Shown here in pieces: positions 20,706 to 31,733 of a stretch of DNA of 32,000 bases. The notes under the pieces were generated by a model that did no database searches, was not told the origin of the DNA, and saw nothing but the letters and a program-made list of their open reading frames with translations. Every line of letters starts with the position of its first letter. The first letter of the stretch is position 1. A program made the translations under genes and the position numbers. This DNA is from Wigglesworthia glossinidia endosymbiont of Glossina morsitans morsitans (Yale colony) (GTDB lineage: Bacteria > Pseudomonadota > Gammaproteobacteria > Enterobacterales > Enterobacteriaceae), in assembly GCF_000247565.1 (NCBI RefSeq), contig NC_016893.1, forward strand, positions 330,001 through 362,000. The letters are read 5' to 3'.

Positions 20706-22472
20706 ATGCAAATCAAAAAAAAATATTTTGACGTTATTGTAATCGGAGCAGGTGGATCTGGAATGAGATCAGCATTAGAAATTACCAAACACAACTCATC
20801 TTGTGCATTAATATCTAAAGTATTTCCTACTCGATCACACACCGTATCTGCTCAAGGGGGAATTACAGTAGCACTAGGAAATGTACACGAAGACGATTGG
20901 CAATGGCATATGTATGACACTGTCAAAGGATCTGATTATATCGGAGATCAAGATGCCATAGAATATATGTGTAAATCTGGACCTGAGGTAGTGTTAGAAT
21001 TGGAAAGAATGGGACTACCATTTTCTCGTTCTAACGATGGAAAAATATATCAACGTGCTTTTGGCGGTCAATCTATACAATATGGGAAAAAGCAAGCTTC
21101 ACGTACAGCAGCTGCTGCTGATCGTACAGGACACGCATTATTACATACTTTATATCAACAAAATATAAAACATGATACAAAAATTTACTCTGAATGGTAT
21201 GCATTGGATTTAGTAAAAAATGAAGAAAATGCCGTTGTTGGATGCACTGCGATATGCATATCAACCGGCGAAGTTGTGTATTTTAAATCACGAATTACTG
21301 TCTTAGCAACTGGAGGAGCAGGCAGAATCTACCAATCTACAACAAATGCATACATTAATACTGGAGACGGTATAGGTATGGCATTAAGAGCTGGAATTCC
21401 AGCTCAAGATATGGAGATGTGGCAATTTCATCCTACTGGTATTGCTGGTTCAGGAGTATTAGTAACTGAAGGATGCAGAGGGGAAGGAGGATATCTTTTA
21501 AATAAAAATGGAGAAAGATTTATGGAAAGATATGCTCCAAATGCAAAAGATCTAGCAAGTAGAGACATTGTATCTCGTTCTATTATGATAGAAATATTAG
21601 AAAATAGAGGGTTTAATAACCATTTAGGACCATATGTTAAGTTAAAATTAGATCATTTAGGAAGTAATTTATTAAATTCACGCCTCCCAGGAATTTTAGA
21701 ATTGTCTCGTACTTTTGCTCATGTAGATCCCATCAAAGAACCAATTCCCGTGATTCCAACTTGTCATTATATGATGGGAGGAATACCAACAAAAATTACT
21801 GGTCAGGTAATATCTATAAATAACAAAAATGAAAATATAGATATTCCTGGACTTTTTGCGATTGGAGAAAGCGCATGCGTTTCTGTGCATGGAGCTAATA
21901 GATTAGGTGGCAATTCTCTCTTAGATTTAATCGTATTTGGAAAATCGTCTGGTTTACAAATTAATAAATTATTATCTTCAGGTTATTTTCCAAAAGAAGC
22001 TAGTCAATCTGAAATTGAACGCACAATCAAAAATTATTTAAATTGGAATAACCCCAAAAATAGAGAAAATCCTATAATAATTAGAAAAGAACTACAAAAA
22101 TGTATGCAAAAATATTTTTCTGTATTTAGAAAAAAAGAAACTATGCAAAAAGGATTATGTCAATTACAAGAACTAAGAGAACGCTTATTACATGCAAAAT
22201 TAGATGATCAATCCAATCAATTCAATATCAATCGAATAGAATGTTTAGAATTAAATAATCTAATGGACGTATCTTGTGCAACCGCTTTTTCTGCTCTTTT
22301 TAGAACAGAAAGTCGAGGCGCACATCATCGAAACGATTTTCCAAATAGAGACGATAAAAATTGGTTATGTCATACTTTATATTTTCTCGAAAAAGATATT
22401 ATGAGAAAAAGAGACATTAATATGCAACCAAATTGTAGATCAGCTTTCCCACTTCAAAAAAGATCATATTAA
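20706..22472 (+). CDS. sdhA: Succinate dehydrogenase flavoprotein subunit
   Basis: 588 aa. [31 protein letters not shown] with the FAD-linking His, [35 protein letters not shown]. Confidence 0.98.
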   Translation: MQIKKKYFDVIVIGAGGSGMRSALEITKHNSSCALISKVFPTRSHTVSAQGGITVALGNVHEDDWQWHMYDTVKGSDYIGDQDAIEYMCKSGPEVVLELERMGLPFSRSNDGKIYQRAFGGQSIQYGKKQASRTAAAADRTGHALLHTLYQQNIKHDTKIYSEWYALDLVKNEENAVVGCTAICISTGEVVYFKSRITVLATGGAGRIYQSTTNAYINTGDGIGMALRAGIPAQDMEMWQFHPTGIAGSGVLVTEGCRGEGGYLLNKNGERFMERYAPNAKDLASRDIVSRSIMIEILENRGFNNHLGPYVKLKLDHLGSNLLNSRLPGILELSRTFAHVDPIKEPIPVIPTCHYMMGGIPTKITGQVISINNKNENIDIPGLFAIGESACVSVHGANRLGGNSLLDLIVFGKSSGLQINKLLSSGYFPKEASQSEIERTIKNYLNWNNPKNRENPIIIRKELQKCMQKYFSVFRKKETMQKGLCQLQELRERLLHAKLDDQSNQFNINRIECLELNNLMDVSCATAFSALFRTESRGAHHRNDFPNRDDKNWLCHTLYFLEKDIMRKRDINMQPNCRSAFPLQKRSY

Positions 22473-22473
22473 T

Positions 22474-23211
22474 ATGAAAAAAAATATTAAAATTATAATT
22501 TCTATATATCGCTATCATCCAGATCATTTAAAAGCACCTAAAATGCAAAGTTTTGATTATTCTTTGCAAGAAAATAAAGAATTAATGTTACTGGATGTGT
22601 TAATGGATTTAAAAGAACGTGATCCAACGTTAGCATTTCGTAAATCTTGCCGAGAAGGTGTCTGCGGATCTGACGGAATGAACATTAATGGAAAAAATGG
22701 ACTTGCCTGCATTACTCCAATTTCTAATCTATTAAAAAATAAACAAAAAAAAATTGTAATACGTCCTCTTCCAGGATTACCTGTGATTAGAGATCTTATT
22801 GTTGATATGAAATTATTTTTTCAACAATATAAAAAAATAAAACCATACTTAATTAATAACGAAAAAATACCAAACAAAGAACGTTTACAATCCCCTAAGC
22901 AAAGAGAAATGTTAGATGGAGCATATGAATGTATTTTATGTGCTTGTTGTTCTACTGCATGTCCATCGTTTTGGTGGAATCCAGATAAATTTATTGGACC
23001 AGCAGGATTACTATCTGCTTATCGATTTTTAGTTGATAATCGAGATACAGAAAAATCAGAAAGACTAAAGAAACTAAATGATGCGTTTAGCGTATTAAGA
23101 TGCCATGGAATTATGAATTGCGTTTCTGTATGTCCAAAAAAGTTAAATCCAACACAAGCAATAGGGCACATTAAAAATATGTTAATTAAAAAAGTATTTT
23201 GTAAAGATTAA
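22474..23211 (+). CDS. sdhB: Succinate dehydrogenase iron-sulfur subunit
   Basis: 245 aa. CREGVCGSDGMNINGKNGLAC, CILCACCSTACPSFWW and CHGIMNCVSVCPKKLNP Fe-S ligands. Confidence 0.98.
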   Translation: MKKNIKIIISIYRYHPDHLKAPKMQSFDYSLQENKELMLLDVLMDLKERDPTLAFRKSCREGVCGSDGMNINGKNGLACITPISNLLKNKQKKIVIRPLPGLPVIRDLIVDMKLFFQQYKKIKPYLINNEKIPNKERLQSPKQREMLDGAYECILCACCSTACPSFWWNPDKFIGPAGLLSAYRFLVDNRDTEKSERLKKLNDAFSVLRCHGIMNCVSVCPKKLNPTQAIGHIKNMLIKKVFCKD

Positions 23212-23293
23212 TTGATTTAATAAGAAATTCTAAAAAAGAATTCATATTTATTTTCATGTTAATACAAGAATTATTAAACTTAAGGTATTAAGA

Positions 23294-26068
23294 ATGCAAA
23301 ATTCTAAAAATAAAAAAGATCTTTTGTTTCTTTTAAACGGAATGAACAGGTGTTACATTGAACAAATATATAAAAATTATTTAAATAATCCAAAATCTGT
23401 TAACTCTGATTGGGAAAATATTTTTCACGAATTTTTTTTAAAAAAAATTGATCAAAAATCTGTTAAAAAAAATTTTTCAGATACATCTAATATTGAATAT
23501 AAAAATGTGCAACATCATATTACTACAGAAATACAGGTATTAAATTTTATAAATTCATTTCGTAAGTACGGTCATATTATTGCCAATATAGATCCATTAA
23601 ATTTAAAAAAAATAGAAGAAGTAGAAGAATTATCTTTAAAATTTCATGGATTTTCTAATAAAATATATGATCAAAAATTTAATGCGGAAATATTTGGTAT
23701 AAAAAAAAATAATGTATCTTTTAAAGAAATTTTAAACTTCCTACGTAGCACATATTGCGGTCCAATTGGATTTGAATACATGCATCTTGATAATATAAAA
23801 GAAAAAATATGGATTCAAAAATACATTGAAAAAAATTTCAAAAAAGATTTTTTAGAAATAAAAGAAAAAAAATCTCTTTTAAAAAGCATTATAAAAGCAG
23901 AAGAAATTGAACATTTTTTAGGTAGAAAATTTCCCGGAGCAAAGCGTTTTTCCTTAGAAGGAGGAGAAAGTTTAATCCCGATGTTAAAAGAAATTATTAT
24001 GCGATCTTCACAGAAATATAACACTAAAAATATTATTTTTGGAATGTCTCATAGAGGAAGATTAAATGCTTTAATAAATATTTTTGGAAAAGATATAAAT
24101 AATATATGTCACGAATTTTCCGGAAATAGAAATCTTCCTGAAATTTATAGCGGAGATGTGAAGTATCATCAAGGTTTTGCATCAAGTATTCAAATTCAAA
24201 ATAATACTATAAATTTATTATTAGCTTTTAATCCATCTCATTTAGAAATTATAAATCCAGTTGTTATGGGAATAACAAAAGCTCAATTAGATAAAAATAA
24301 TACACAAAACAAAAATTGTACACTTTCAATAACAATACACGGAGATGCTTCAATTATTGCGCAAGGTGTAATTCAAGAAACACTTAATATGTCTAGAACA
24401 CAAGCACATCAAGTAGGAGGAACATTACGTATTGTTGTTAATAATCAAATTGGTTTTACCACAGATGTTCAAGATGCCAGATCTACTAGATATTGCACAG
24501 ACGTGGCTAAAATGATACAAGCACCTATACTTCATGTAAATGGCGACAATCCATGTGCTACTATATTCGCTACACGTTTAGCTTTAGATTTTAGAAACAA
24601 ATTTTTTCGTGATGTTTTTATTGATTTCGTATGTTATCGTCGCCACGGACATAACGAAGCCGATGAACCTAGAGTAACACAACCTATAATGTATCAAAAA
24701 ATCAAAAAACATCCCACTGTAAAAACAATATTTTCTAATGAATTAGAGCATCAAAAAATAATTTCTTCTGAAGAAATAAAAAAAATTGTTAAAAATATAC
24801 GTAAAAAAATTATTACTGAAAATAAAACTATCAGTTTTTGTCAAATAAAAAATAAAGAAAATTTATGCGCAAGCACTATAAATGAGAAAATAAATAAAAT
24901 AAATATTAGTTTTTTAAAAAAATTATCTGCAAGCATATTTAATATACCTAAAGAAATTGAAATGGAATCTAGAGTAAAAAAAATATTTTTACAAAGATAT
25001 GAAATGATGCAAGAAAAAAGATCTTTTGACTGGGGTGCAGCAGAAATGTTGTGTTATGCAACATTAATTTATGAACATGTATCGATAAGATTATCCGGAG
25101 AAGATGTTGCACGAGGTACTTTTTTTCACCGTCATGCAGTAATTTACAATCAAAAAAATAATTCTATTTATGTTCCTTTGAATACAATTAAAAATACTTT
25201 ATCAAAATTTAATGTGTGGAACACTACTTTATCTGAAGAAGCATCTTTAGCTTTTGAATATGGATATTCAATCAATACAAACAAAACTTTAGTAATCTGG
25301 GAAGCCCAATTTGGAGATTTTGCAAATGGCGCCCAAGTCGTAATCGATCAATTCATTACTTCTGGAGAACAAAAATGGGGACAAAAATCCAATTTGGTTA
25401 TGCTTTTACCTCATGGTCATGAAGGTCAAGGACCTGAACATTCATCAGCACGTTTAGAACGGTATTTGCAACTATGCGCTCAAAACAATATACAAATTTG
25501 TATTCCTTCTACACCTGCTCAGGTATATCATTTATTAAGAAGACAAGCTCAGTTTAAGATTAATTGTCCATTAATTATTTTTTCACCAAAATCTTTGCTG
25601 AGACATCCTTTAGCGACTTCTTCATTTCAAGAAATTGCAAATTATAAATTTCAAGAAATTATTTATGATCCAAATTACGAAAAAAATAATCATTGTATTA
25701 AACGTATTATTTTATGCTCTGGAAAAATTTTTTATGATTTATTTAGTATTTTGAAAAAAAATAATACTCATAACATTGCTATTTTTCGAATAGAACAATT
25801 ATATCCTTTTCCAGATTTTTTAATTAAAGAAATAATTCCTAAATATGAAAACATAAATTCGATATGTTGGTGTCAAGAAGAACCAAAAAATCAAGGAGCA
25901 TGGAATTGGATTAAAAGTTGTTTTGATTCTATTAAAACACACATAAAACTAACTTATATCGGTCGCCCCGAAGCTGCTTCAACAGCAACAGGATACTTAT
26001 CTGTATACAAAAATGAACAAAAAAAAATAATTCATAAAGCTCTCGATATTGAATATTTAAAAGGTTAA
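23294..26068 (+). CDS. sucA: 2-oxoglutarate dehydrogenase E1 component
   Basis: 924 aa. FGMSHRGRLNALINIFGK, AFNPSHLEIINPVVMG, HGDASIIAQGVIQETLNMS, GHNEADEP, LPHGHEGQGPEHSSARLERYLQ. Confidence 0.98.
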   Translation: MQNSKNKKDLLFLLNGMNRCYIEQIYKNYLNNPKSVNSDWENIFHEFFLKKIDQKSVKKNFSDTSNIEYKNVQHHITTEIQVLNFINSFRKYGHIIANIDPLNLKKIEEVEELSLKFHGFSNKIYDQKFNAEIFGIKKNNVSFKEILNFLRSTYCGPIGFEYMHLDNIKEKIWIQKYIEKNFKKDFLEIKEKKSLLKSIIKAEEIEHFLGRKFPGAKRFSLEGGESLIPMLKEIIMRSSQKYNTKNIIFGMSHRGRLNALINIFGKDINNICHEFSGNRNLPEIYSGDVKYHQGFASSIQIQNNTINLLLAFNPSHLEIINPVVMGITKAQLDKNNTQNKNCTLSITIHGDASIIAQGVIQETLNMSRTQAHQVGGTLRIVVNNQIGFTTDVQDARSTRYCTDVAKMIQAPILHVNGDNPCATIFATRLALDFRNKFFRDVFIDFVCYRRHGHNEADEPRVTQPIMYQKIKKHPTVKTIFSNELEHQKIISSEEIKKIVKNIRKKIITENKTISFCQIKNKENLCASTINEKINKINISFLKKLSASIFNIPKEIEMESRVKKIFLQRYEMMQEKRSFDWGAAEMLCYATLIYEHVSIRLSGEDVARGTFFHRHAVIYNQKNNSIYVPLNTIKNTLSKFNVWNTTLSEEASLAFEYGYSINTNKTLVIWEAQFGDFANGAQVVIDQFITSGEQKWGQKSNLVMLLPHGHEGQGPEHSSARLERYLQLCAQNNIQICIPSTPAQVYHLLRRQAQFKINCPLIIFSPKSLLRHPLATSSFQEIANYKFQEIIYDPNYEKNNHCIKRIILCSGKIFYDLFSILKKNNTHNIAIFRIEQLYPFPDFLIKEIIPKYENINSICWCQEEPKNQGAWNWIKSCFDSIKTHIKLTYIGRPEAASTATGYLSVYKNEQKKIIHKALDIEYLKG

Positions 26069-26074
26069 GGATAT

Positions 26075-27310
26075 ATGAAAATTATAGATATATTAGTTCC
26101 TGATCTTCCAGAGTCAGTAACAGACGCTACTGTATCAAATTGGAAAAAAAAATTAGGGGATTTTGTAGAAACAGGAGAAATTTTAGTAGAACTAGAAACT
26201 GATAAAGTTGTATTAGAAGTGCCATCTCCAAATTCAGGAAGACTAGTACAGATCTATCATAAAAATTCTGAATTAGTTTCTTCGCGTCAAAAATTAGCTA
26301 GTATAGATATTACTAAAAAAAATCAAGTTTTAATACAAGAAAAAAATACACTTGAAGAAAAAAAACACGTAAGTAAAGAAAAAAAATTATGTGAAAATTT
26401 ATCAGAAAAAAAAAGCGACATATTTTTTTCACCATCAATACGTAGATTAATTGCAAAACAAAAAAATTTTTCAGCAGATATTGTTCAAAATTATTCTATA
26501 TCATCAAATATTAAAAATTATGCTAATCAGCTCGAACTATCACGTCAGCTAAATTTAATTAAAACGGAAAATTCTGTAAACAACACTCACAAACTTGATG
26601 CAATAAATATTTGTCAAGAAAAAAGAGTCAAAATGACGCGATTAAGAAAATGCATATCAGATAGATTGTTGTATGTAAATAACAATACAGCATCTTTGAC
26701 AACTTTTAATGAAGTTAATATGCAATCTATAATAAATTTAAGAGAAAAATATCGAGATATATTTGAACAAACTCATAAAATTCGTTTAGGATATATGTCA
26801 TTTTTTGTTTCTGCCGTAATAAAAGGACTCAAAGATTTTCCAGAAATTAATGCAAATATAGACGGGGAAGATATTGTATATCACAATTATTTTAATATTA
26901 ATATAGCTGTTTCTACTCCAAAAGGGTTAGTAACTCCTGTATTAAAAAATGCAGATAAAATGAGCATTATTGAAATAGAAAAGAAAATTAAAGATTTTGC
27001 CATTCGAGGTAAAAATAATAAGTTAAATATTCATGATTTAGAAGGAGGCAGTTTTACCATTACTAATGGAGGGATATTTGGTTCTATGTTATCGACTCCA
27101 ATTATCAATCCACCACAAAGTGCAATTTTAGGAATACATGCAATAAAAGATAGAGCTACAGTAATAGATAAAAAAGTTGTTATCACACCCATGACATATT
27201 TAGCTTTATCTTACGATCATAGATTAATTGATGGTAAAGAAGCTGCTAGTTTTTTAGTTACTGTCAAAAATATGTTAGAAGATCCTATTAGGATTTTTTT
27301 AAATATTTGA
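26075..27310 (+). CDS. sucB: 2-oxoglutarate dehydrogenase E2 component (dihydrolipoamide succinyltransferase)
   Basis: 411 aa. Lipoyl domain [16 protein letters not shown]3-binding segment [13 protein letters not shown], catalytic [13 protein letters not shown]. Confidence 0.97.
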   Translation: MKIIDILVPDLPESVTDATVSNWKKKLGDFVETGEILVELETDKVVLEVPSPNSGRLVQIYHKNSELVSSRQKLASIDITKKNQVLIQEKNTLEEKKHVSKEKKLCENLSEKKSDIFFSPSIRRLIAKQKNFSADIVQNYSISSNIKNYANQLELSRQLNLIKTENSVNNTHKLDAINICQEKRVKMTRLRKCISDRLLYVNNNTASLTTFNEVNMQSIINLREKYRDIFEQTHKIRLGYMSFFVSAVIKGLKDFPEINANIDGEDIVYHNYFNINIAVSTPKGLVTPVLKNADKMSIIEIEKKIKDFAIRGKNNKLNIHDLEGGSFTITNGGIFGSMLSTPIINPPQSAILGIHAIKDRATVIDKKVVITPMTYLALSYDHRLIDGKEAASFLVTVKNMLEDPIRIFLNI

Positions 27311-27373
27311 AATCAAAATAATATAAAATTTATTTTTTTTAAATTATCCAGATATTATATACGGAAAATTATC

Positions 27374-28561
27374 ATGAACTTACACGAATATCAAGCAAAA
27401 GAACTGTTTTCTCAATATAAAATTCCAATTCCAAATGGATATAAATGTACTAAATATAGTGAAATCGAGAAAGCTGTCGTAAAATTAAATCCTGGACCGT
27501 GGGTAGTAAAATGTCAAATACATGCAGGCGGTAGAGGTAAATCCGGAGGAGTACAAACATTAAATTCTATTGATGAAATTCATAAATTTGCGAAGAAATG
27601 GATAGGAAAACGTTTAGTAACCTACCAAACAGATAATATAGGACAAACAGTAAATTCAATATTAATTGAAAGAAAAACATATATTAAAAAAGAATTATAC
27701 TTAAGCTTAGTGCTAAACAGAATACAATCTAATATATCCATACTTGCTTCTTTTACAGGCGGTATAAATATTGAAAATGATATTAAAACAAATAAAAAGA
27801 TAATCTTTAAAGAAAATTTTGATGTTTGTTGCGGATTTCAGCTGTTTAAAGCAAGAAATTTAGCATTTCAATTAAAACTATTTGGAAAACAAATAAATCA
27901 ATTTGTGACAATTTGTGAAAATTTAACATATTTATTTATCGAGAAAGATCTTACTCTTGCAGAAATTAACCCAATTGCTATTAATCAAAATGATGATTTA
28001 TTATGTTTAGACGGAAAATTAAATATAGATGAAAATGCTTTATATAGACAAGTGCATTTAAAAAAGATACATGATAATAGTCAATTAGATTCTAGAGAAG
28101 TATATGCTGAAAAGTGGGGATTAAATTATATTCCGTTACAAGGAAACATAGGCTGTATGGTTAATGGTGCAGGTTTAGCAATGGGCACTATGGATTTAAT
28201 TAAATTGCACGGCGGTAATCCAGCAAATTTTTTAGATGTTGGAGGTGATGCAACAGTAGAAAAAGTAGATCAAGCTTTTAGAATTATTATTCTTGACAGC
28301 CATGTAAAATCTATTTTAATTAATATTTTTGGAGGAATTGTTAAGTGCGATCTTATTGCTGATGGTATCATACAAGCAATTTCTAACTTACAAGTTAATA
28401 TACCAGTTATTGTACGTTTAGAAGGTAATAATTCTAAATTAGGAGCAAAAAAGTTAATAAATAGTAATTTAAATATTATTACAGCAAATTCACTAGATGA
28501 TGCGGTTAAAAAAGCAATTGAAAATATTGGGAGAAAGACTTATGTCGATTCTAATCGATAA
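27374..28561 (+). CDS. sucC: Succinyl-CoA synthetase beta subunit (ADP-forming)
   Basis: 395 aa. [66 protein letters not shown]-terminus runs 20 nt into sucD. Confidence 0.97.
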   Translation: MNLHEYQAKELFSQYKIPIPNGYKCTKYSEIEKAVVKLNPGPWVVKCQIHAGGRGKSGGVQTLNSIDEIHKFAKKWIGKRLVTYQTDNIGQTVNSILIERKTYIKKELYLSLVLNRIQSNISILASFTGGINIENDIKTNKKIIFKENFDVCCGFQLFKARNLAFQLKLFGKQINQFVTICENLTYLFIEKDLTLAEINPIAINQNDDLLCLDGKLNIDENALYRQVHLKKIHDNSQLDSREVYAEKWGLNYIPLQGNIGCMVNGAGLAMGTMDLIKLHGGNPANFLDVGGDATVEKVDQAFRIIILDSHVKSILINIFGGIVKCDLIADGIIQAISNLQVNIPVIVRLEGNNSKLGAKKLINSNLNIITANSLDDAVKKAIENIGRKTYVDSNR

Positions 28562-29426
28562 AAATACAAAAGTTATTTGTCAAGGATTTACTGGAAAACA
28601 AGGCACATTTCATTGCGAGAAAGCATTGCTAGAAGGTACAAAAATTGTTGGAGGAGTGACTCCCGGAAAAGGAGGAACAAAACATTTAGGATTACCAGTT
28701 TTTAATTCTGTAAAAGAAGCAAAGCTAGATACTCATGCTACAGCATCAGTAATTTATGTACCGGCAAAATTTTGCAAAGATTCTATTTTAGAAGCGATTG
28801 ACAATAATATTAAATTAATTGTTTGCATCACAGAAGGTATGCCTATACTAGATATGCTTATGGTAAAACAAAAATTAAACTTAACTAATATTACTATGAT
28901 AGGACCTAATTGCCCCGGAATTATCACACCTCATCAATGCAAAATTGGTATTATGCCGAACAACATTCATGTTCCAGGAAATATTGGCATTGTATCTCGT
29001 TCAGGTACTTTGACATATGAAGCCGTTAAACAAATTACAGACATAGGTTTAGGACAATCTACATGCGTAGGAATCGGAGGAGATCCAATTTCAGGCACTA
29101 ATTTTGTAGATATATTAAAGTTATTTGAAAAAGATCCGGAAACTCACGCAGTTTTAATCATTGGAGAAATTGGAGGAAATTCGGAAGAAATAGCAGCAAA
29201 ATTTGTTAAATCCTATATGAAAAAAAAAGTATTTGCTTATATCGCAGGTATTACGGCGCCACAAGGAAAACGAATGGGACATGCCGGAGCAATAATTGCG
29301 CAAGGTGAAGGAGGAGCTGAAGAAAAAATTAAAATGTTAAGAAAATCTGGAGTAACAGTTATTAAGAATTTGTCCGATATAGGAGTATCTATTAAAAAAA
29401 TTATTACACAAAATAAAAAAATGTGA
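28542..29426 (+). CDS. sucD: Succinyl-CoA synthetase alpha subunit
   Basis: Starts [24 protein letters not shown], as in enterobacterial SucD; the ORF-track start at 28497 is an extension. [11 protein letters not shown] and [10 protein letters not shown] (active-site His). Confidence 0.97.
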   Translation: MSILIDKNTKVICQGFTGKQGTFHCEKALLEGTKIVGGVTPGKGGTKHLGLPVFNSVKEAKLDTHATASVIYVPAKFCKDSILEAIDNNIKLIVCITEGMPILDMLMVKQKLNLTNITMIGPNCPGIITPHQCKIGIMPNNIHVPGNIGIVSRSGTLTYEAVKQITDIGLGQSTCVGIGGDPISGTNFVDILKLFEKDPETHAVLIIGEIGGNSEEIAAKFVKSYMKKKVFAYIAGITAPQGKRMGHAGAIIAQGEGGAEEKIKMLRKSGVTVIKNLSDIGVSIKKIITQNKKM

Positions 29427-29698
29427 TATTTAGATAATTTTTAATTTAAAATGTATTAAAAAATTAATTAAAATTTTAATCTTCAAATAAGATAGTAAAA
29501 AAATTATAAATTTAAAATAGTTAATTTTTTAAATTTTTATAAATTTTTTATTAAACAGTGCAGTACTTCAAATAAACAATTTGAAGAAATTTTATTTATT
29601 ACAAATTTTGCTATTACTTATTTGTAATTAAAATTAATTAGTGCAAAAAAATAATAAAATTTTTGTCAAACTTTAAATTTTATTTTAGGGTTTTAATA

Positions 29699-30376
29699 AT
29701 GAAGAGCATGAATATATTTGATTTATTTTTAAAATCAGATTTTTTACTAAAATTTATTTTTTCTTTTTTATTATTTTTTTCTATTTTATCATGGGTAATT
29801 ATTTTTTATAAAATTTTTACATTAAGATACATTCAAAAAGAAATAGAAAATTTTGAAAATAATTTTTATTCAGACAAAAATATAAATTTTCTTTATGAAG
29901 AACAAGAACATAAACAAAATACACTAGTAGGATATGCACGAATTTTTTATTTAGGATTTAAAGAATATATGGAATTAAAACATTTAAAAAATACACCTGA
30001 ATCTATTCTTGACAGAACTAAGCACATTATGAACGTCGTAGTGAATCGAGAAATTGAAGTTTTAGAAACACATATTTCAACTTTAGGTAGTATTAGTGCT
30101 ATTAGTCCATATATCGGATTACTCGGTACAGTTTGGGGTATTATGAACATATTTTATAAAATTAATGATTATACAAATTTTACGATACAATCAATTGCTC
30201 CAGACATTTCAGATGCTTTAAGCACTACAGCTATGAGTTTATTTGTTGCAATACCAGCATTAATTTCATTCAATAAATTCAGTGTAAAATCAAATGTTAT
30301 TGCTCAAAATTATCTAAATTTTTCTGAAGAATGCGCTGCAATTTTATATCGTAAAATAATTTCTAAAAAAGATTAA
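29699..30376 (+). CDS. tolQ: Tol-Pal system protein TolQ
   Basis: MKSMNIFDLFLKSDFLLKFIF... aligns with the E. coli TolQ N-terminus. ORF-track start at 29663 is TTG upstream of ATG 29699. SISPYIGLLGTVWGIM-type motif present. Confidence 0.95.
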   Translation: MKSMNIFDLFLKSDFLLKFIFSFLLFFSILSWVIIFYKIFTLRYIQKEIENFENNFYSDKNINFLYEEQEHKQNTLVGYARIFYLGFKEYMELKHLKNTPESILDRTKHIMNVVVNREIEVLETHISTLGSISAISPYIGLLGTVWGIMNIFYKINDYTNFTIQSIAPDISDALSTTAMSLFVAIPALISFNKFSVKSNVIAQNYLNFSEECAAILYRKIISKKD

Positions 30377-30398
30377 CTTTTTTTAAAAATCTATTTAT

Positions 30399-30821
30399 AT
30401 GCGTAGAAAACTATACAAAAACGTTAAATTTGATATTAACATTATTCCATTAGTAGATGTTTTATTAGTGCTTATGTTAATCTTTATGATTTTTTCGCAA
30501 GATTTTTTGCAAAAAATTACAGTTAATTTACCGAAAGAAAATTTTTATGATACACAAAATGAACAAATTGAAATTATTATTGAAATTTTAAATAAAAAAA
30601 AATATAACTTATTAACACAAAAAAATAAAGAATATAATTTAAATTTGCAACAATTAAGTATCGCAATAAAAAATAAATTTTTAAATAACCCACGAATAAA
30701 AATTTTTATAGGCGGAGAAAAAAGTATTCCATACGAAGAAATTATAAAAATTATTAGTGTTTTAAATAAGATTGGAGTGCAATCTATTGGATTAATTGCT
30801 CAATCTGATTTAATTCATTAA
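30399..30821 (+). CDS. tolR: Tol-Pal system protein TolR
   Basis: 140 aa. FDINIIPLVDVLLVLMLIFMI ExbD/TolR motif; C-terminal IGGEKSIPYEEIIKIISVLNKIGVQSIGLIAQ. Confidence 0.95.
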   Translation: MRRKLYKNVKFDINIIPLVDVLLVLMLIFMIFSQDFLQKITVNLPKENFYDTQNEQIEIIIEILNKKKYNLLTQKNKEYNLNLQQLSIAIKNKFLNNPRIKIFIGGEKSIPYEEIIKIISVLNKIGVQSIGLIAQSDLIH

Positions 30822-30871
30822 TATTTTTTTAAAAATTAAACAAAAAAAGTAAATTTAAGGTTATAATTACT

Positions 30872-31624
30872 GTGAAAACATCTAATTATAGAAATAAAAA
30901 TGCTAAGCTAGCGATATATTTATCGATATTTTTACACGTAATATTTATTTTATGTTTATATTTAACAGTATCTTTTACAAAAAGAAATATTAAAAATTTT
31001 TACCAAATTAATACTTTACATAAAAAAATTATAGATTCAAAAGAAAAAAATTTTTTTCAAAAAAAAATTAAAATAAATAATCAAGAGCAACTTATAAAGT
31101 TTTATTATCAAACATTAAAATTACCTGAAAATAAAAAAAATATAATCGATAAAAATTTTTCAAATAAAATAGAAAATAAAAATCAAACACTAAAAGTACA
31201 TGATACACAAATTAATCAAAAAAAAAACATAAAAAATAAACTTAAAAATAATTTTCTGTCAAAAAAATCGACAAACATTATAGACAACACAATTGAAAAT
31301 TTAAACAATACAGTACATAATAATCATGTTATTTATAATCAAAATTATACATTATCTTCTGAAATAGAAACATATAAAGAAGCGATAAAACAATCTATTA
31401 AAAATAAACTATATGACTACAACACATTTATAGGAAAAGTATGCGAATTAAATTTAGAAATTTATTCAAGTGGATCAATTAAATCAATTCGTATGATTAG
31501 CGGAGATGAATCACTATGTTATGCTGCAATTACATCTGCAAAATTAGCACGAATTCCTCCGGCACCTAATTTAGAAATTTATAAAATAGCAAAAAAAATA
31601 ACTTTGCGATTTTCTCCTGAATAG
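30872..31624 (+). CDS. tolA: Tol-Pal system protein TolA with a strongly shortened central domain
   Basis: 250 aa, GTG start. N-terminal TM segment LAIYLSIFLHVIFILCLYLTV. C-terminal domain III YKEAIKQSIKNKLYDYNTFIGKVCELNLEIYSSGSIKSIRMISGDESLCYAAITSAKLARIPPAP. Position in tolQRAB. Confidence 0.93.
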   Translation: MKTSNYRNKNAKLAIYLSIFLHVIFILCLYLTVSFTKRNIKNFYQINTLHKKIIDSKEKNFFQKKIKINNQEQLIKFYYQTLKLPENKKNIIDKNFSNKIENKNQTLKVHDTQINQKKNIKNKLKNNFLSKKSTNIIDNTIENLNNTVHNNHVIYNQNYTLSSEIETYKEAIKQSIKNKLYDYNTFIGKVCELNLEIYSSGSIKSIRMISGDESLCYAAITSAKLARIPPAPNLEIYKIAKKITLRFSPE

Positions 31625-31733
31625 TAAAATATAAATTTTAAAAATTTCATTTTAAAAATATTAATACTAAAACTGTTATTTTAAAATAAATCAATGTACA
31701 ATAAATACCTAAAAGGATCTAAAATAAATATAA

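Noticed and set aside
21073-24024. Antisense ORFs 21073..21264, 21696..21890 and 23815..24024
   Set aside because: Shadow frames of sdhA and sucA.
28497-28541. Upstream start for sucD in the ORF track
   Set aside because: Homology begins exactly at [16 protein letters not shown] (ATG 28542); the extension only reads through the sucC end.
29663-29698. TTG start for TolQ giving MSNFKFYFRVLI extension
   Set aside because: ATG 29699 gives MKSMNIFDLFLKSD, matching the TolQ N-terminus.
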